A DNA stretch of 63,065 bases, counting the filler, from Folioceros fuciformis (taxonomy: Eukaryota): assembly GCA_049999805.1 (NCBI GenBank). It is 16 parts of 16 records of this genome, joined end to end, with 100 filler letters (N's around TTAATTAATTAA, not from the genome) between each part and the next. Parts side by side here need not be neighbours in the genome. Positions count along the whole stretch, not along the records: positions 45,195 to 49,808 come from JBNGIO010001817.1; positions 49,909 to 56,752 come from JBNGIO010001818.1; positions 56,853 to 63,065 come from JBNGIO010001819.1; 13 more parts are not named here. One strand, given 5' to 3'. The notes beneath the pieces were generated by a model. It was not told where the DNA came from. It did no database searches and saw only the letters and a list, made by a program, of their open reading frames with translations. Below are positions 48,246-60,400 of this stretch, piece by piece (positions within the stretch are counted from its first letter, which is position 1; every line of letters begins with the position of its first letter). The translations under genes and the position numbers were made by a program.

Positions 48246-49908
48246 GCCATGAGCCAATTGCTCTGTCAGAAGTAAGTGAAACAACCTTGGCATGCTGGGT
48301 AGCCTTTAGCAGTTTCAAGTATTATGCTGTGCTCTGTCTCTGCAGCTAGAGTCGTAAGAACTTACTTGGGAGTTACTGCTTGCTCCGACTAGGCAAGATG
48401 CAAAAACTTGGCCGGTGATAGCTATTGATCTGTGGCCCTAGGGAGGCCAATCTTAAAGCACAGGCAGGGAGACATGAAGACGTGAACATCGATGTCCCTG
48501 TAGCGCATTCGAACATCAAGAAACATGCCTCGGCGGTACAAGATCCCACAAAGATTTTCAAATCTCACACGCAGCCACAAAGATTAGCCAGAAACGAGGA
48601 CAAACAGAAGCCTCGGAGACGTGTGCCCCTGCTGAAGTTCATGGGCCGTCAGCATGGCCATCCGACGGTACACCATGGAGTTCGATTTCAGAGGTACACT
48701 AGTGTAGTCATGATCATGAAGATCAGGAATGTCGGCAAGGTGTGTCTGTTGTACAGCCACTTGGCGGCTCCCACGACACGTTCCGTCCTGGATTCTAACG
48801 ATCTTGTGGTGTGTGGTAAATATCCCGCCGCACCTCTGGGAAATGCTCCGTTTCAATGTGTCACACGATGTGCACACGGTGTCTGTCACCTTCCGCCATC
48901 TCAAACGAATAGCGCTGCTGGATGCAGACTACCATGTTTGCTTTTGTCACGCCGGTTCTGTCCTCACTCGAAGCTTCATTCCGACACATCCTGTGCAACA
49001 CTCGTGTGTAGTCTCATGGGTTGTCTTTCACGGAGTAGCTTTTGGGTCACGATACTTAACAATATAGTGTTTGAATTGTGTCACCCTGTCACGCTTAAAT
49101 TTCGTCATGAGCATTGCTTATTCGCTGAAGAGCGAATCCACCGTCGTCTTTTTCCATCACTCGGTGCATGTCTCCTCTTGACCTCTCACGAATTGCTAAG
49201 GGCAAGAACTCCCAGGTTTACCAAAATTAGACCTGCAACTAGGAACGAATATGAAAGGATCTTTGGCCGCACGTTTCATGTCTCACTAACTTATTCCCGT
49301 TGAGAAGACACAAACCGTTCCACAAACCTCGTTCCTTGACATCAATTTCCTCCACAAGTCTGCACAGGAACAGTTGAATGGAGAAGTCGGTTCCGGCTAC
49401 ATTTTCCAAGCTATTTAAAGACCTTAGCTGGAAGCATGCCAGAGGCAAAATTTCTTTTCTGTGAGGGTGACTTTGCTAATCGCTGTGATTAACAACTCCA
49501 GTTGTTACAAACTCTTACCTCTGCTCGGCTTTTCAGTCTCCGAGATCCATTACTCGCTATGCAGCTGCCCTGAAACTCTCAGCGAAAAGTCCAGATAGAA
49601 TTAAGAACTTGAGTGTTCGTATAATATGGTACACGACGAAATACTGCTTACTTAAAGCGAGTACATTCATCAGAATAGTTGGGGCTTGTAACGAGTGTCC
49701 CGGCAGACACACTGGTTAGCAGTTAGAATCAGCGCAACTAACTTAAAAATCTTCATCCACTCTGAAGACATGATTCGTCGTTCCATTCAAACCATTCATC
49801 ACAGAGGCNNNNNNNNNNNNNNNNNNNNNNNNNNNNNNNNNNNNNNNNNNNNTTAATTAATTAANNNNNNNNNNNNNNNNNNNNNNNNNNNNNNNNNNNN
49901 NNNNNNNN

Positions 49909-50785
49909 TATATATATATATATTAATCATAACCTTAATCACTCTTACCACTAATTAGTACAAACTCAATAAGCTGGATTAGCACTAATTAATATCAATG
50001 TTAATCATGCTTAACAGAGGCCCTAAAGGAGTTACAGGATGATTTGAGAAAGGAGAGGGGAGTTTTGAGATTCACTGAAGATTTTGGTAGGGGGTAACCA
50101 AGTAGTGTCAAAGGGGCAGCGAGCAACTCCTCTTAGGTCGGAGTTAGGGTTAGGATTAGGTCAGAGTTAGGTTTAGGGTTTTGGCGAGTGGAGGGATTTG
50201 TCTGAGCATGGGAGGCATGCTGACCTGATTAGGCAGTGACAGGGGGTTCCTGGCCAAGAGAGTATAAGCGGCCGGGTCTGTCATTGAGGAGGGGGTAGTC
50301 TTATGGTGTGATTCCCCTTGTCCCTTGTGTGCAGGCTGCCGGATTAGGGTGCTGATTCGATGTGAGGGTGCACCTTGGGCTTGATACCCCTTACCACTAG
50401 AGGGGTGTGGTGGATCCCTAAACTATAGATGATTTGTGTGGCCAGATCCGTAGTGGCTGATCTTTTTGTATGCTAGCTGAGGTGCCTTGACGTTCCTAAG
50501 TGGGTTTCCAAGATAAGGGTTGCAGGGCCATGAGCTAAGGAGGCTATCCAGCCTGAGACCTCACACCTTTGCGTTCAAGGCTGCAAGAGGGTGTGTTGTT
50601 CCTAAGTGAGGAGTGGTGGGCCAAAATAATACCTAGTTTAGAGGGTGTTTTGCTAGGATAACGTGTCGATCTTGAGAGCTAAAGGTGACTGTTGCATTAC
50701 AATTGTTGTCGAGTTCAGTGGGCTGAAAGAGCTCGAGGATAGGAGAGGCTAAAGTGCAGGGCTATGAATGTCTTTAGGGGTCACA
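49909..50785 (+). mobile_element. LTR-like repeat family B, second copy
   Basis: Homology to 28030-28520; TTAGG(G) tract 50143-50180; ends GGGGTCACA. Confidence 0.7.
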
Positions 50786-51427
50786 TTTCAAGGACAAATG
50801 TGTTGATTTATTTGCAATATCATTAGCAAAAAGGTTGAGTGTCTAGGTATAGGTGTTCTAGGGGTTTATTTGAGGAGCTAGAGTCATGGAAAAGAATTTT
50901 TTTTGTATGGTATGAAAGGTGGGAGGTGGTGTAGCTTGAGGGGACAACAACTTGGTTGAGGTGAGAGCGTAGTGAGGATTGCCATGTCGAGAGGGTACGT
51001 GGCAAGTTGGTGTTAGCATGTTGTTCGAAGAAGTTTGTTCAGGAGAGTCAATTGTGTCTCTTCATTTTTGAGCGACAGAGTGAGGGAGACAGTACAATGG
51101 AGCGACATGATAGCATTTTTTGAATTTTGTCCATTTGAGCAAGTTGTGTGTAGGATTTCGTACCGATGGAGGATTATAAGGGCTGGGAGGTGTTGAGATG
51201 TCATAGTGCGGCGGTGTAATAGTGCGGCGGAAGGTTGAGAGCGTGGCTATGATACCATGATACGATGTGCTGAGCATAGAAAAGCATAAGCAAGAGCAGA
51301 AACACTAACAATAATAATTACAAACAAAATTGTATGTCTTATAAAGCATTGTTACTAACCCAACTGGTATGGCTTACTTAACCCAAGTGAGGTTAACTAA
51401 CTAGGATTAGGAATACTAACCCTAACA
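50786..51427 (-). mobile_element. 5' end of a copia-type element: 170-bp LTR (51258-51427), PBS 51246-51257, leader
   Basis: Minus strand TGTTAGGG...CGTATCA followed directly by TGGTATCATAGC. Confidence 0.75.
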
Positions 51428-51479
51428 TTCCCGATTGAGCAGTCTACAGGCAGCTTGGCCCAATAAGCCAAAAGGCTTT

Positions 51480-51640
51480 CTCGAGACCTCCAAACACCAC
51501 CAGACTGCGCAAGCCAGTGATGTTACCGGGAATGGAGTCATTGAACGCATTCCTCTCCACATTGAACATGGTGAGGCTCCCTAAAGCTCCAATCTCCCCC
51601 AAAATCCCCAGCACGCTCAGATCCCAAGAGAAGGATCTGG
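51480..51640 (-). pseudogene. Plant-specific leucine-rich-repeat fragment (LRR-RLK/RLP-like)
   Basis: GILGEIGALGSLTMFNVERNAFNDSIPGNITGLRSLVVF fits the IPxxLGxLxxLxxLxLxxNxFxGxIP consensus. Confidence 0.65.
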
Positions 51641-53879
51641 GACGCGTTCTCTCGGACTTCCACCGTGACAAGGAGGGAGTCCACATGCTCCGAGGCAGTG
51701 ACCTGAAAAGGACTGCGTTTGCCAACGGCATCGCCGGTAGCGGCAACTCCTGTTGTGGCTGTTGCTGCCAAAATCGTGCACCCGGACACAACACCTGGAG
51801 GCGTCGCTGCAACGCCTCTGTCCTAAAAACGGGGCCCTAGGACCCGGATCGAAGCTGAGATTGATTCCTTGTCTAGCATGGACGGCACCCTCATTAGCCA
51901 GCGGCCATTGGCCCGGTGTGGAATACAGGCCGCTCAGCTGCAAGTCATGTGCTTGCAGCCACTCCGGCACATTCGACCCGAGGTATAGGCTGGCGGAATT
52001 TCCCCCTTCCTGAAAGTCGGTGGCCAGCACGGAGGAGGAGAAGACCAAGTCCCCTCCCCTGCACACCACTTGTTGAAAACGACTTTCGCTGAAGCTCGGT
52101 ATCGATCGATGGAGAAGCTGAGTGCTATGCGCTCAGGCTCACACGACGACATTTTGCAAGCTTCCTCTGGCTTGACCACGGCGGGCTCCTCCTCCCAGAT
52201 ATTCCACGGCAATTCGATGGTGACTTATAGACCCCCTGTCCGAATCGCTAAGAGCCTGCAGCAGTAGTCAGAACATTCCCGGTTTCTCCCCACGCTGCCA
52301 TACCCATGACAATCCCGACGGCCCAATTCGCAAGAGTAGTACAAGCAACAGCGCCGCCACTCTTGGCACAAGAAACAGCGGTCACAAATTTGGGGGAAAC
52401 CAATGGAGTTAAGGTGGCAGGCGGTAGCTGGGGCGTTCCAGGCCCAGGATTTCCCTTCACCTCGGAAACAAGGGGGCCTGGCCACGCTTAGCACTTCCAC
52501 ATTTGGTGACTTGAAGTCCACAGAATCACACGACCTGGTATCCAGATACTTTAGCAACATCATGCCGCAAGGAGGATCCAAGCATCCTGCCGTCATCGGA
52601 CAACCCCCCGTGCACCAGATCCTAAGTTCCTTCCGGCCCCTGCAACCACGCAAACCTCTGTCATTCAGCAGGTCTCTAGACCAGCTGATCAAAGTGCCTC
52701 CATCCGGTCTTTGAGTCACAACCGACACCACTACCTATACCATGGATTTGACAAGATCTCCAGTCCGGCTCGTGACCAACCTGTTGGTGTTGGTCAAGGG
52801 TAGACGCCTGATTCCCACCGAAAGCCCCAGCAAGTTCACGAAGCCGGAGGAGTGGTGCCGGTTCCAAGTCCGCAAACAGCACCACAGGCAGCGGCCTAAC
52901 CACCCCGTAGTCCCGCTGTAGCAGGTCCACCACCACCACGTCAAAGCCGTGGCCATGGAAATTACGTACACCCTGGGAGAATCCTTAGGGAGCTCAGCCA
53001 CTATCCGAATGATGTCCACCTCGTCCTCAATTAGTACTCTTGGCTCAAATTTTGGTGCTAGCTGTTAGCAACAGCCCCAATTCATCCCCTCCAGACGAGT
53101 GAACCAAGTTGTAGGAAGCTTTTCGTTGCTTCCCAAAAGCAGGGTGTGACTCCCTTAGCCGTGGCCCAGCCAGATCTTCACCTTGGGCCCCTTAGAGTCA
53201 ACAAGGAGAAGCCAGAGAGTTGGCACGAAACCACTATCTTCCTCCCTGCAAAATTCAGCCGATAGAGCGTCCATGAGTACTACAATGACTCCTCTCTCTC
53301 GTGATGAACAACTTGTTCTTGTCGCTATCCTTGGCCAGTGCAGATTGGCCCGTTCTTAAGCTAGAACTATAGCATGAATTCCTGCAGCCCATGTCCTGAT
53401 GTGCGACCGTTGGACAACTGCGTGTCGAGCACCCTGCACGGGCCCCGCGTCTGATCCCTCTCCTAGCTCAAAGACTTCGTCATCGTGAGCATCACAATCC
53501 TGCTCAGCAGAATGGTTGCTCGGAGGATTGGAACCTAACGCGCCGGCTGCGAACACTGTGACACGGAGTTGGAAGTGAGAGAACTGGGAAGACTCGTTGC
53601 CGCCAGTCAAGATGCCTCCGTTTTATGCCTTGGTTCTCCGAACCTAGAGCATGAGCGATGCATGCTAACACGTACCCAGGACCCAACACCTTGTGCCGAC
53701 CCGACCGTATGAGGCTTACGGAGTATAATTTCTAAAGAGCATAGAGTAGGAGTAAAACATGTTAATGCAGATGTTGTCTAAGGAATCCGCTAGAGTACCA
53801 AGATGCAACAAATGTTAGGTAGGATTTTGAAAAGGATGAAGAGTTTGAATGTAACTTGGTGGTATGTAGGTAGACACTT

Positions 53880-55088
53880 GCGGAATCAATGTCTTCTTCG
53901 ACAATTGTAGATATTTGAGAAGATAAGAACACGATGGAGAGGGTGATGACATATAGGAGAAGGAAATATTGACTTTGAAAGAGAATAATAGAGTAACAAA
54001 ATGAACAATAAACAGAAGATCTATAGATTGATGATAAGTTGGTATTTGTAGAAAACATGAAGCTAATGCATAGACCGGAGGAGAGGATAAATTTGACAAA
54101 AATTAATGTGGAATTGGGTTATTTTGGTACAAAAAGAATGTTAAGTTTGCTAATGATCAATTATTACTGGAAAGGAATATGTACTTGGTGGAGAAGGTAG
54201 TATCCACATATGAAATATGTAATAGGGTTAAAGCAAATTTTTCGGGCAAAACTTCTAAGCTCCACCTGTTGCCTATCAAAGAAATGTTTTACAGATGGAG
54301 TCTAGATTTAGCTGGGGAATTACCAATTACTCAAAGTGAATTTAAATGTGTGTTGGTAATGATGGAATATTTTTCAAAGCGGATAGTTTTGGTTTCTTTA
54401 AGGGAAAAGAAGGCTGGTGATATTAGGGAGGCAATTCTCAGTCATGTGTTGAGTGTATTTGGAGCTTGAGCAAAAGTTTTGATAGACCAAGGTATAGAAG
54501 TTATGAGAAAATTTGATGAACTTTTGAATGGATACCTCGTTGATCATAAGGTTGCTTCTAGAAACCACCTAGAAGCTAATGGTCTAGTAGAAAGGATGAT
54601 ATAGACATGTAAGAAGGCTCTGAGAAAATATTGCCAAGTGATGGATAAAAATGAATGGGATAGGATGTTAACCTTTCTTGCGATGGGTTATAGGATGAGC
54701 AAATAGGCATCTTTGGAAAAGTTTTCACCATACATTTTATTGTTTGAGCGGAGGCCACAATTGTCTAGAATGAAGAATAAAGTAAATACTATTGTGGAGT
54801 TGGATGATAGTCAAACATAGAGCGGAATAATTTAAGAGGATCATGTCCATGACAATGAATAAGTTTTTGATAGCTCAACATAGAGATGAGTTGAGATATA
54901 GGAAAACAAGGAGTGAGCAATTTAGGTCTAAAGTAAGGAAGTTTGATGTGGGTGATTATGTGTACTTGCAAAGGAAGACAATGACAACAATTGATACAAG
55001 TGCAAGCAGGATAATCTTAAGGGCAAAGAGTGTGAAGCCGAATGGAGTCTTGGAGTTAGAGGGAAGGGATGGTACAACTTGTTTAAAA
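53880..55088 (+). mobile_element. Decayed Ty3/gypsy integrase (non-chromovirus; resembles moss/algal Phygy-type elements)
   Basis: ELGYFGTKR...YYWKG, FYRWSLDLAGELP, VMMEYFSK, IDQG, ANGLVERM, AQHRDELRY, FDVGDYVYL, GVLELEGRDG. Confidence 0.85.
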
Positions 55089-56752
55089 TGTGATGACCCT
55101 ATAATGTATATATTTTGTTCCACTCATATCAAGACTCATATCAGGGGAGAAGGGATAGGCAAGTTGTTTCCTTCGCCGATCTCGAGTGAAGTAATCCATC
55201 AAAGAGTGGAAAGATGACTAGGAGACTTGGTGTAAGCCCCAAAAATAATGTTGGAGGAGCACTCCGATAAACCATCAAACCTTTGAACGGAGATGCAAGC
55301 AGTGGTCATCGTTTGTTTATTTCTTTGACAAGTAATGGTTTTTTAGCAAGTGTAGGTCTTTTTCCAAGTCGATGGCATGCCGGACCTACGGAGGCCACCT
55401 CGCAAGCAGACTAACGCATTTTATGATCGGCTTCAGGTCCGATGTACGTGTCGTTATTGAGTTAAGCGAGAGTAACTACCTCTAGATGGTTGCAATCGTG
55501 CCAGAGCTGGTGGCGTAAGATTTTACGCTGACAATTACGCTCTGAGCGTCCCTCCCCTCGTCTAATCTTCTTGACTCAACTTTATTTTAATGCTTTCCCC
55601 CTTCTCTGTCTTCTCGCCCTCCTTGCCCACGTCTACTCCTCTCCCGCGATTGAGACACACAAGAATCATCACCCTTCTTCCCTATCTATGCTTTCCCTCC
55701 CACTCCACCACCACTCTTCCATATGGCACTAGGTTAGTTCCTCGTGGCAGGCAGCATATGGTGGATCAATGAAGACCAAATACAAATGCGGGCATACCCA
55801 ACTTTTGTGCCCTGGATAGTGGCTACTAGCGACCTAATGGAGGAGTGGGAGTTGGGGATCTTCTAATTGCCCTGGGGCATCTAGTCCACAATGGCAGTTT
55901 GGGAATTTGGTCAAACACTTTGGCATTGCGCTCGGGGGAAACGTGAGTCCTCTAAGATCCGAGACAAACCCCCTCCTTTAAACGACCCAAATGATGAGGG
56001 AAGTTTATCAGCGACCAGCAACGGAGCGGGGGGTCTGTACCTTAATTCCCAATGGAACAAAGCCTAGGAGAAGGAGGCTGCCAAAGCGTTCCCAACAGAA
56101 GGGTCCTTTAAAACCAATAATGGGTGGTTGATCCACAATATTGACGACCTGTGGATCTGAGGAGTGGCACGCCTCATTATGAATTGGTTGCTTGTCACTA
56201 AGACAAACCATGTGGCAGACGAAATTCTAATGCTTCTTTATGTGTTGGCCCAAGGAACACCAATGGAATAGGGCAAGATGGTGGCACATCGAATCCAATC
56301 TGATATTAGAAAGCATCGGTAGGATAGACCCCCCGCCCTAGGCTTATCGCCATTCCTATTCCATACCTGGGGACATCACAAGGTCCTTAGAGACTTAGAA
56401 AGAGAAACCATTGCCAGGCTGCCTTCTATTCTAGCACCACCTCCCACTGCTACTCTGATGACGGCTCCCAGGACGAAGGCTGTTGTTCCCGCAACCCAAC
56501 CTCATGCCCTGTCGACTGCCCCGATGCCCCTTCCCGTATCGGACAGCTGGGAGGCTAGCCGAGAGGCTAAGCCAGAGTCCCCTCCGATGACACCCTCTTG
56601 TGCCCCTAGTTCTCTCTCTAGCCCTCCTTCGGCCAAGAAGCAGAAGGCAACCACTCCCCCGACCAAGGTGGCTTCCCCACCCAAGTGACAAAGTAACAGC
56701 CAGTTGCCATGACGACTAAGCGAATTGCGTTGCAAGCGCCCCACCCCCAACC
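55089..56752 (+). mobile_element. Nested retroelement segment with a decayed accessory (env-slot-like) ORF
   Basis: TGTGATGACCC start interrupts the integrase; GWLIH...VARLIMNWLLVTKTNHVADEILMLLYVLAQGTPME*G...LGLSPFLFH then a Pro/Ser-rich tract. Confidence 0.55.
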
Positions 56753-56852
56753 NNNNNNNNNNNNNNNNNNNNNNNNNNNNNNNNNNNNNNNNNNNNTTAA
56801 TTAATTAANNNNNNNNNNNNNNNNNNNNNNNNNNNNNNNNNNNNNNNNNNNN

Positions 56853-57431
56853 AAGGTGGGAAGGGAGATGAGAGGGAAGGGGAAGAAGAAGGAGGGGGGC
56901 AAGAAGGGAATGGAGGAGCAAGGAAGAAAGGAAGAGAGGGGGAAAAGGGATGGGGACGGCCGCAACCCTTGCCTCTAGCTCTAGCTAGGGCATGGCCTCC
57001 ATGGCCGTTCATGCCAGCCAAGCAATCAGCCAGCCTATCGTCAGACCCTGACCCCTGACACTGACATGCCCAGATACCCGTTCCTATGTTCAAACCATTA
57101 TTATATTATTTTTATTATTTAATATTATTATATTATTATTTAATCATTAATATTATATATCTTTAATTAATATTAAACTAATCACCCAACCCTATGGCCT
57201 GGTGCCGAACCTAAACCTTCCCAGGTCTGGGACCAAACCTATACCCACTCTTATAACCAAGCTAACTATTTCCTGGTCAATTAACCTAATTAGCACAAAG
57301 AAAAATAGGAAAAATGACCAGAAAATCAAGGAAAATTAGGGAAAATAAGTTGAAAAAGAAAACCAAACCATACCACTATTAACCCTTTTTCAACCAAAAC
57401 AAACTACTACCCCAAACTTTGGAGGTTCACA
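56853..57431. repeat. LTR terminus, family A, inserted in copia RT
   Basis: Near-identical to the 28803 and 32517 copies; copia RT resumes at 57432. Confidence 0.9.
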
Positions 57432-60400
57432 CCAGGGCTTTCAAGATACTGAGAAAGTACGCTTGTGGCGTAGGTAACATCATGTCATGTTGTGTTGGCT
57501 GCATAGATAAATTTGCCAATGCCCTTCCTATAAGGAACTGACCTCATTTCATCTTTCTCGCTTTGTATTTCAGGGCTCATGGACTCGCTAAATTTCAGTC
57601 CACAAGGTAATGGGGTAGCTGCTGGTTTTGCTTCCTTCAAGCCAAGCTGTTCAGCACATTCTAACAAGTAGCGAGGGTGAGTAAGAGATATAGATCTATT
57701 TTTCCTATCCCTTTGAATAAGAACCCCCAGACGGCTTTGTAGAGCTCCAAGGTTCGTCATTTCAAACTTGGTAGCTAACAGGTTGTTAATTTTGGTGATG
57801 AATGTGGGGCTATTGGAGGACAAGATCAAATCATCCTTGTATACTGCCAGATAGCAAACCACATCACCGGATCTGTAAACGTACAAGTTGCTATCTGAAA
57901 CACACTTCACGAAACCTAAGGATCGCAGCTCTTCATCTAGGACAACATTCCATTCAAGAGCTGACTGCTTCAGCCCATGCAAGGTTTTTATAAGGCGTAA
58001 GACGTAATCCTCTTTGCCCTTAACTTTGTATCCTAGTGGTTGCTGCATATAGATTTCGGTGTCGAGTTTGCTATGCAAAAACGCTGTCTTTACATCAAAC
58101 ATGTCTAACTCGTAGTCCTAATGTGTTGCCAAGGCACAAATTGTGCGGAAAGTGGCCAGCTTCATGACAGGAGCATGTCTCAAAGTAATCAAGACCAGGC
58201 ACTTGTGAAAAACCATGAGCTACGAGTCGTGCTTTGTACCTGTCAAACGTTCCATCTGCCTTCACCTTTAATTTAAACACCCACTTGCATGATACCACCT
58301 TTCATCCAGGAGGTAACTTAGAAAGTTCCCATATCCCATTTTTGATCAATGAATCATAATCTAATTGTATAGCCTCTTTCCATTAAGTAGCATCGGGACG
58401 GCTAAGAGCTTCTTCATAGGATTGAGGTTCAATTTGATCCAAAGAAGTGGTTGCATTAGCTGTTGGTTTTCAGAAGTCTTGTGACTGGTAGTAATCTGGT
58501 GCCCGTCGATCTCTTGCATGATAACGGCGCTCAAATGGTGGAGGCTATCCAGGTTCAGGTGGTAAAGGCTGAAGTGTAAGTTCACCTTCTGCATCACTAT
58601 CTAAAGGATCAGCATAGTCAACAGCTGTATCCTCATCAGAATCTGGAACTGAAATGGGATTGGGTAAAAGGTTAGGTGGTGGATTAGGTTCTGCAGCATT
58701 TAGAGGAGGTTGATGTTGCAAGTTAGCAAAGTGTTGTGCATCATCCTACTCCTACTCATTAGGTAGTTGTTCTTCCCCCCCTACAGGAGCAACCTCCTCG
58801 GGTATAATATAAGGGAAAATAGTGACGGCGGGCAGGGTAGAGAAGTCAAGTTCCTCTTCTGTGGGAACAGCTCCCACTAGCTGCCAAGTGCGACCTTCAT
58901 CAAACGCCACGCTGCGTGCATAGACCACCTTGTTTTGAGGTACGTCATAAAGTTTATAAGCCTTGATACCTTCAGTATATCCTATCATGAGGTATTTCTT
59001 GGCTTTAGCAGCTAATTTGGATCTCTGGGCCTTAGGGATGAAAACATATGCAACACAGCCGAAAGTCCAAAGATGTAGGATAGCTGGCTTTCTGCCATAG
59101 AAAGCTTTGTAAGGGGTCTGTCTGACCACAATCGTTGTAGGCAGTCTGTTATGGAGAAACACAGCTGTCATGAGGGCTTCAGCCCAGTATGATAGAGGCA
59201 ATGAGGCTTGATGAAGCATAGAGGAAGCCATCTCCTGCAAGGTCACGTTCAAGCGCTCAGCAACACCGTTTTGCTACGGTGTATAAACAACAATAAGTTG
59301 TCTCCCAATGCCTTCATCCTTGCAATAGGCTTGAAATTCGTTTGATGGGAATTCACCACCATTGTTTGAACGTAGAGTCTTTAGCTGTACGCCTGACCAT
59401 CTCTCTACAAGTTTCATATAGTCTTTAAACAGAGAGAAACACTCATGTTTAGCTTTCAAAATGTAAGCCATGGACAAATCTCGTTTTGTCATCTATAAAT
59501 GTGAGGAAATATCTACCTCCTCCTATGGAAGGCTGCGAAAGTGGCCCACATATATCAGTGTGCACAAGTTCAAGAACGACACAAGCCCTGCGAGGAGCCT
59601 TGTTCTTGAAAGCTGCCTTATGGCGTTTAGACAACAAACAAGCCTCACATGAGGGTAAGGGTGGGAAATTGCCAATTTTCCTGTCACCAAATAGGTCACT
59701 AACAGCTAGTTTCTGTAACTTGGCGCTGTGAGGATGACCTAATCTAGTATGCCATAACATAGCCTTCACTTTCTACTTTGCAAATATCTCAGAAGACTTG
59801 GAAGCTAAATGGGCTATGGTAGTGCTAATGTGAGTGTGCAACCGAAACAGGTCAATGTCTAACGAGCCATAGGCTAGAATCTTTCAATGATCAAAAGCAT
59901 CTAGGATTCTACATTCTGTTGGAGTGAATAGCATATGTGTGCTGTTATCCAAATTGAGTCTCCTAACAAAAATGAGGTTCCTAGTCATTTCAGGCACGTT
60001 ATACACATCTGTGAGTGAGAGTGTAATGCCTGAAGGGACAAGAAGCTATACTGTGCCAATGCCTGGGCACACAAGCCTACTATTGTCACCTAGGTAAACA
60101 AAACTATCTTGAACTAACCTATATGTGACAAATGCATTTCTATCGAAACAGATGTGCGCTGTGGCACCTATATCAAGGAACCACTCCAGTATGGGTTTGC
60201 CTTGAGTATTCATCGATAGACAAGTTGGATTAATAAAAGGGTGAGTAAACTCCCTAGTCCGCACCGTGAGCACAAAAGGCAAGCCTTGTTTTGTCACAAT
60301 AACATGTGTCTAAGAAGTGGAGTTGCCCTCCTTGCGAGGTACTATGGATTGCTTCTTTCGACACTCATTCTCCCAATGGCCTGGAATTTGGCACCAGTGG

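Noticed and set aside
48425-49303. 292-aa ORF divergent from the subtilase
   Set aside because: TTG start, Cys/His/Arg-rich random-looking composition, no motif, located in the promoter region; likely spurious though not excluded.
40704-49808. Defence gene cluster of PR-4, trihelix and subtilase
   Set aside because: The three lie on different contigs joined by artificial spacers, so linkage is unknown.
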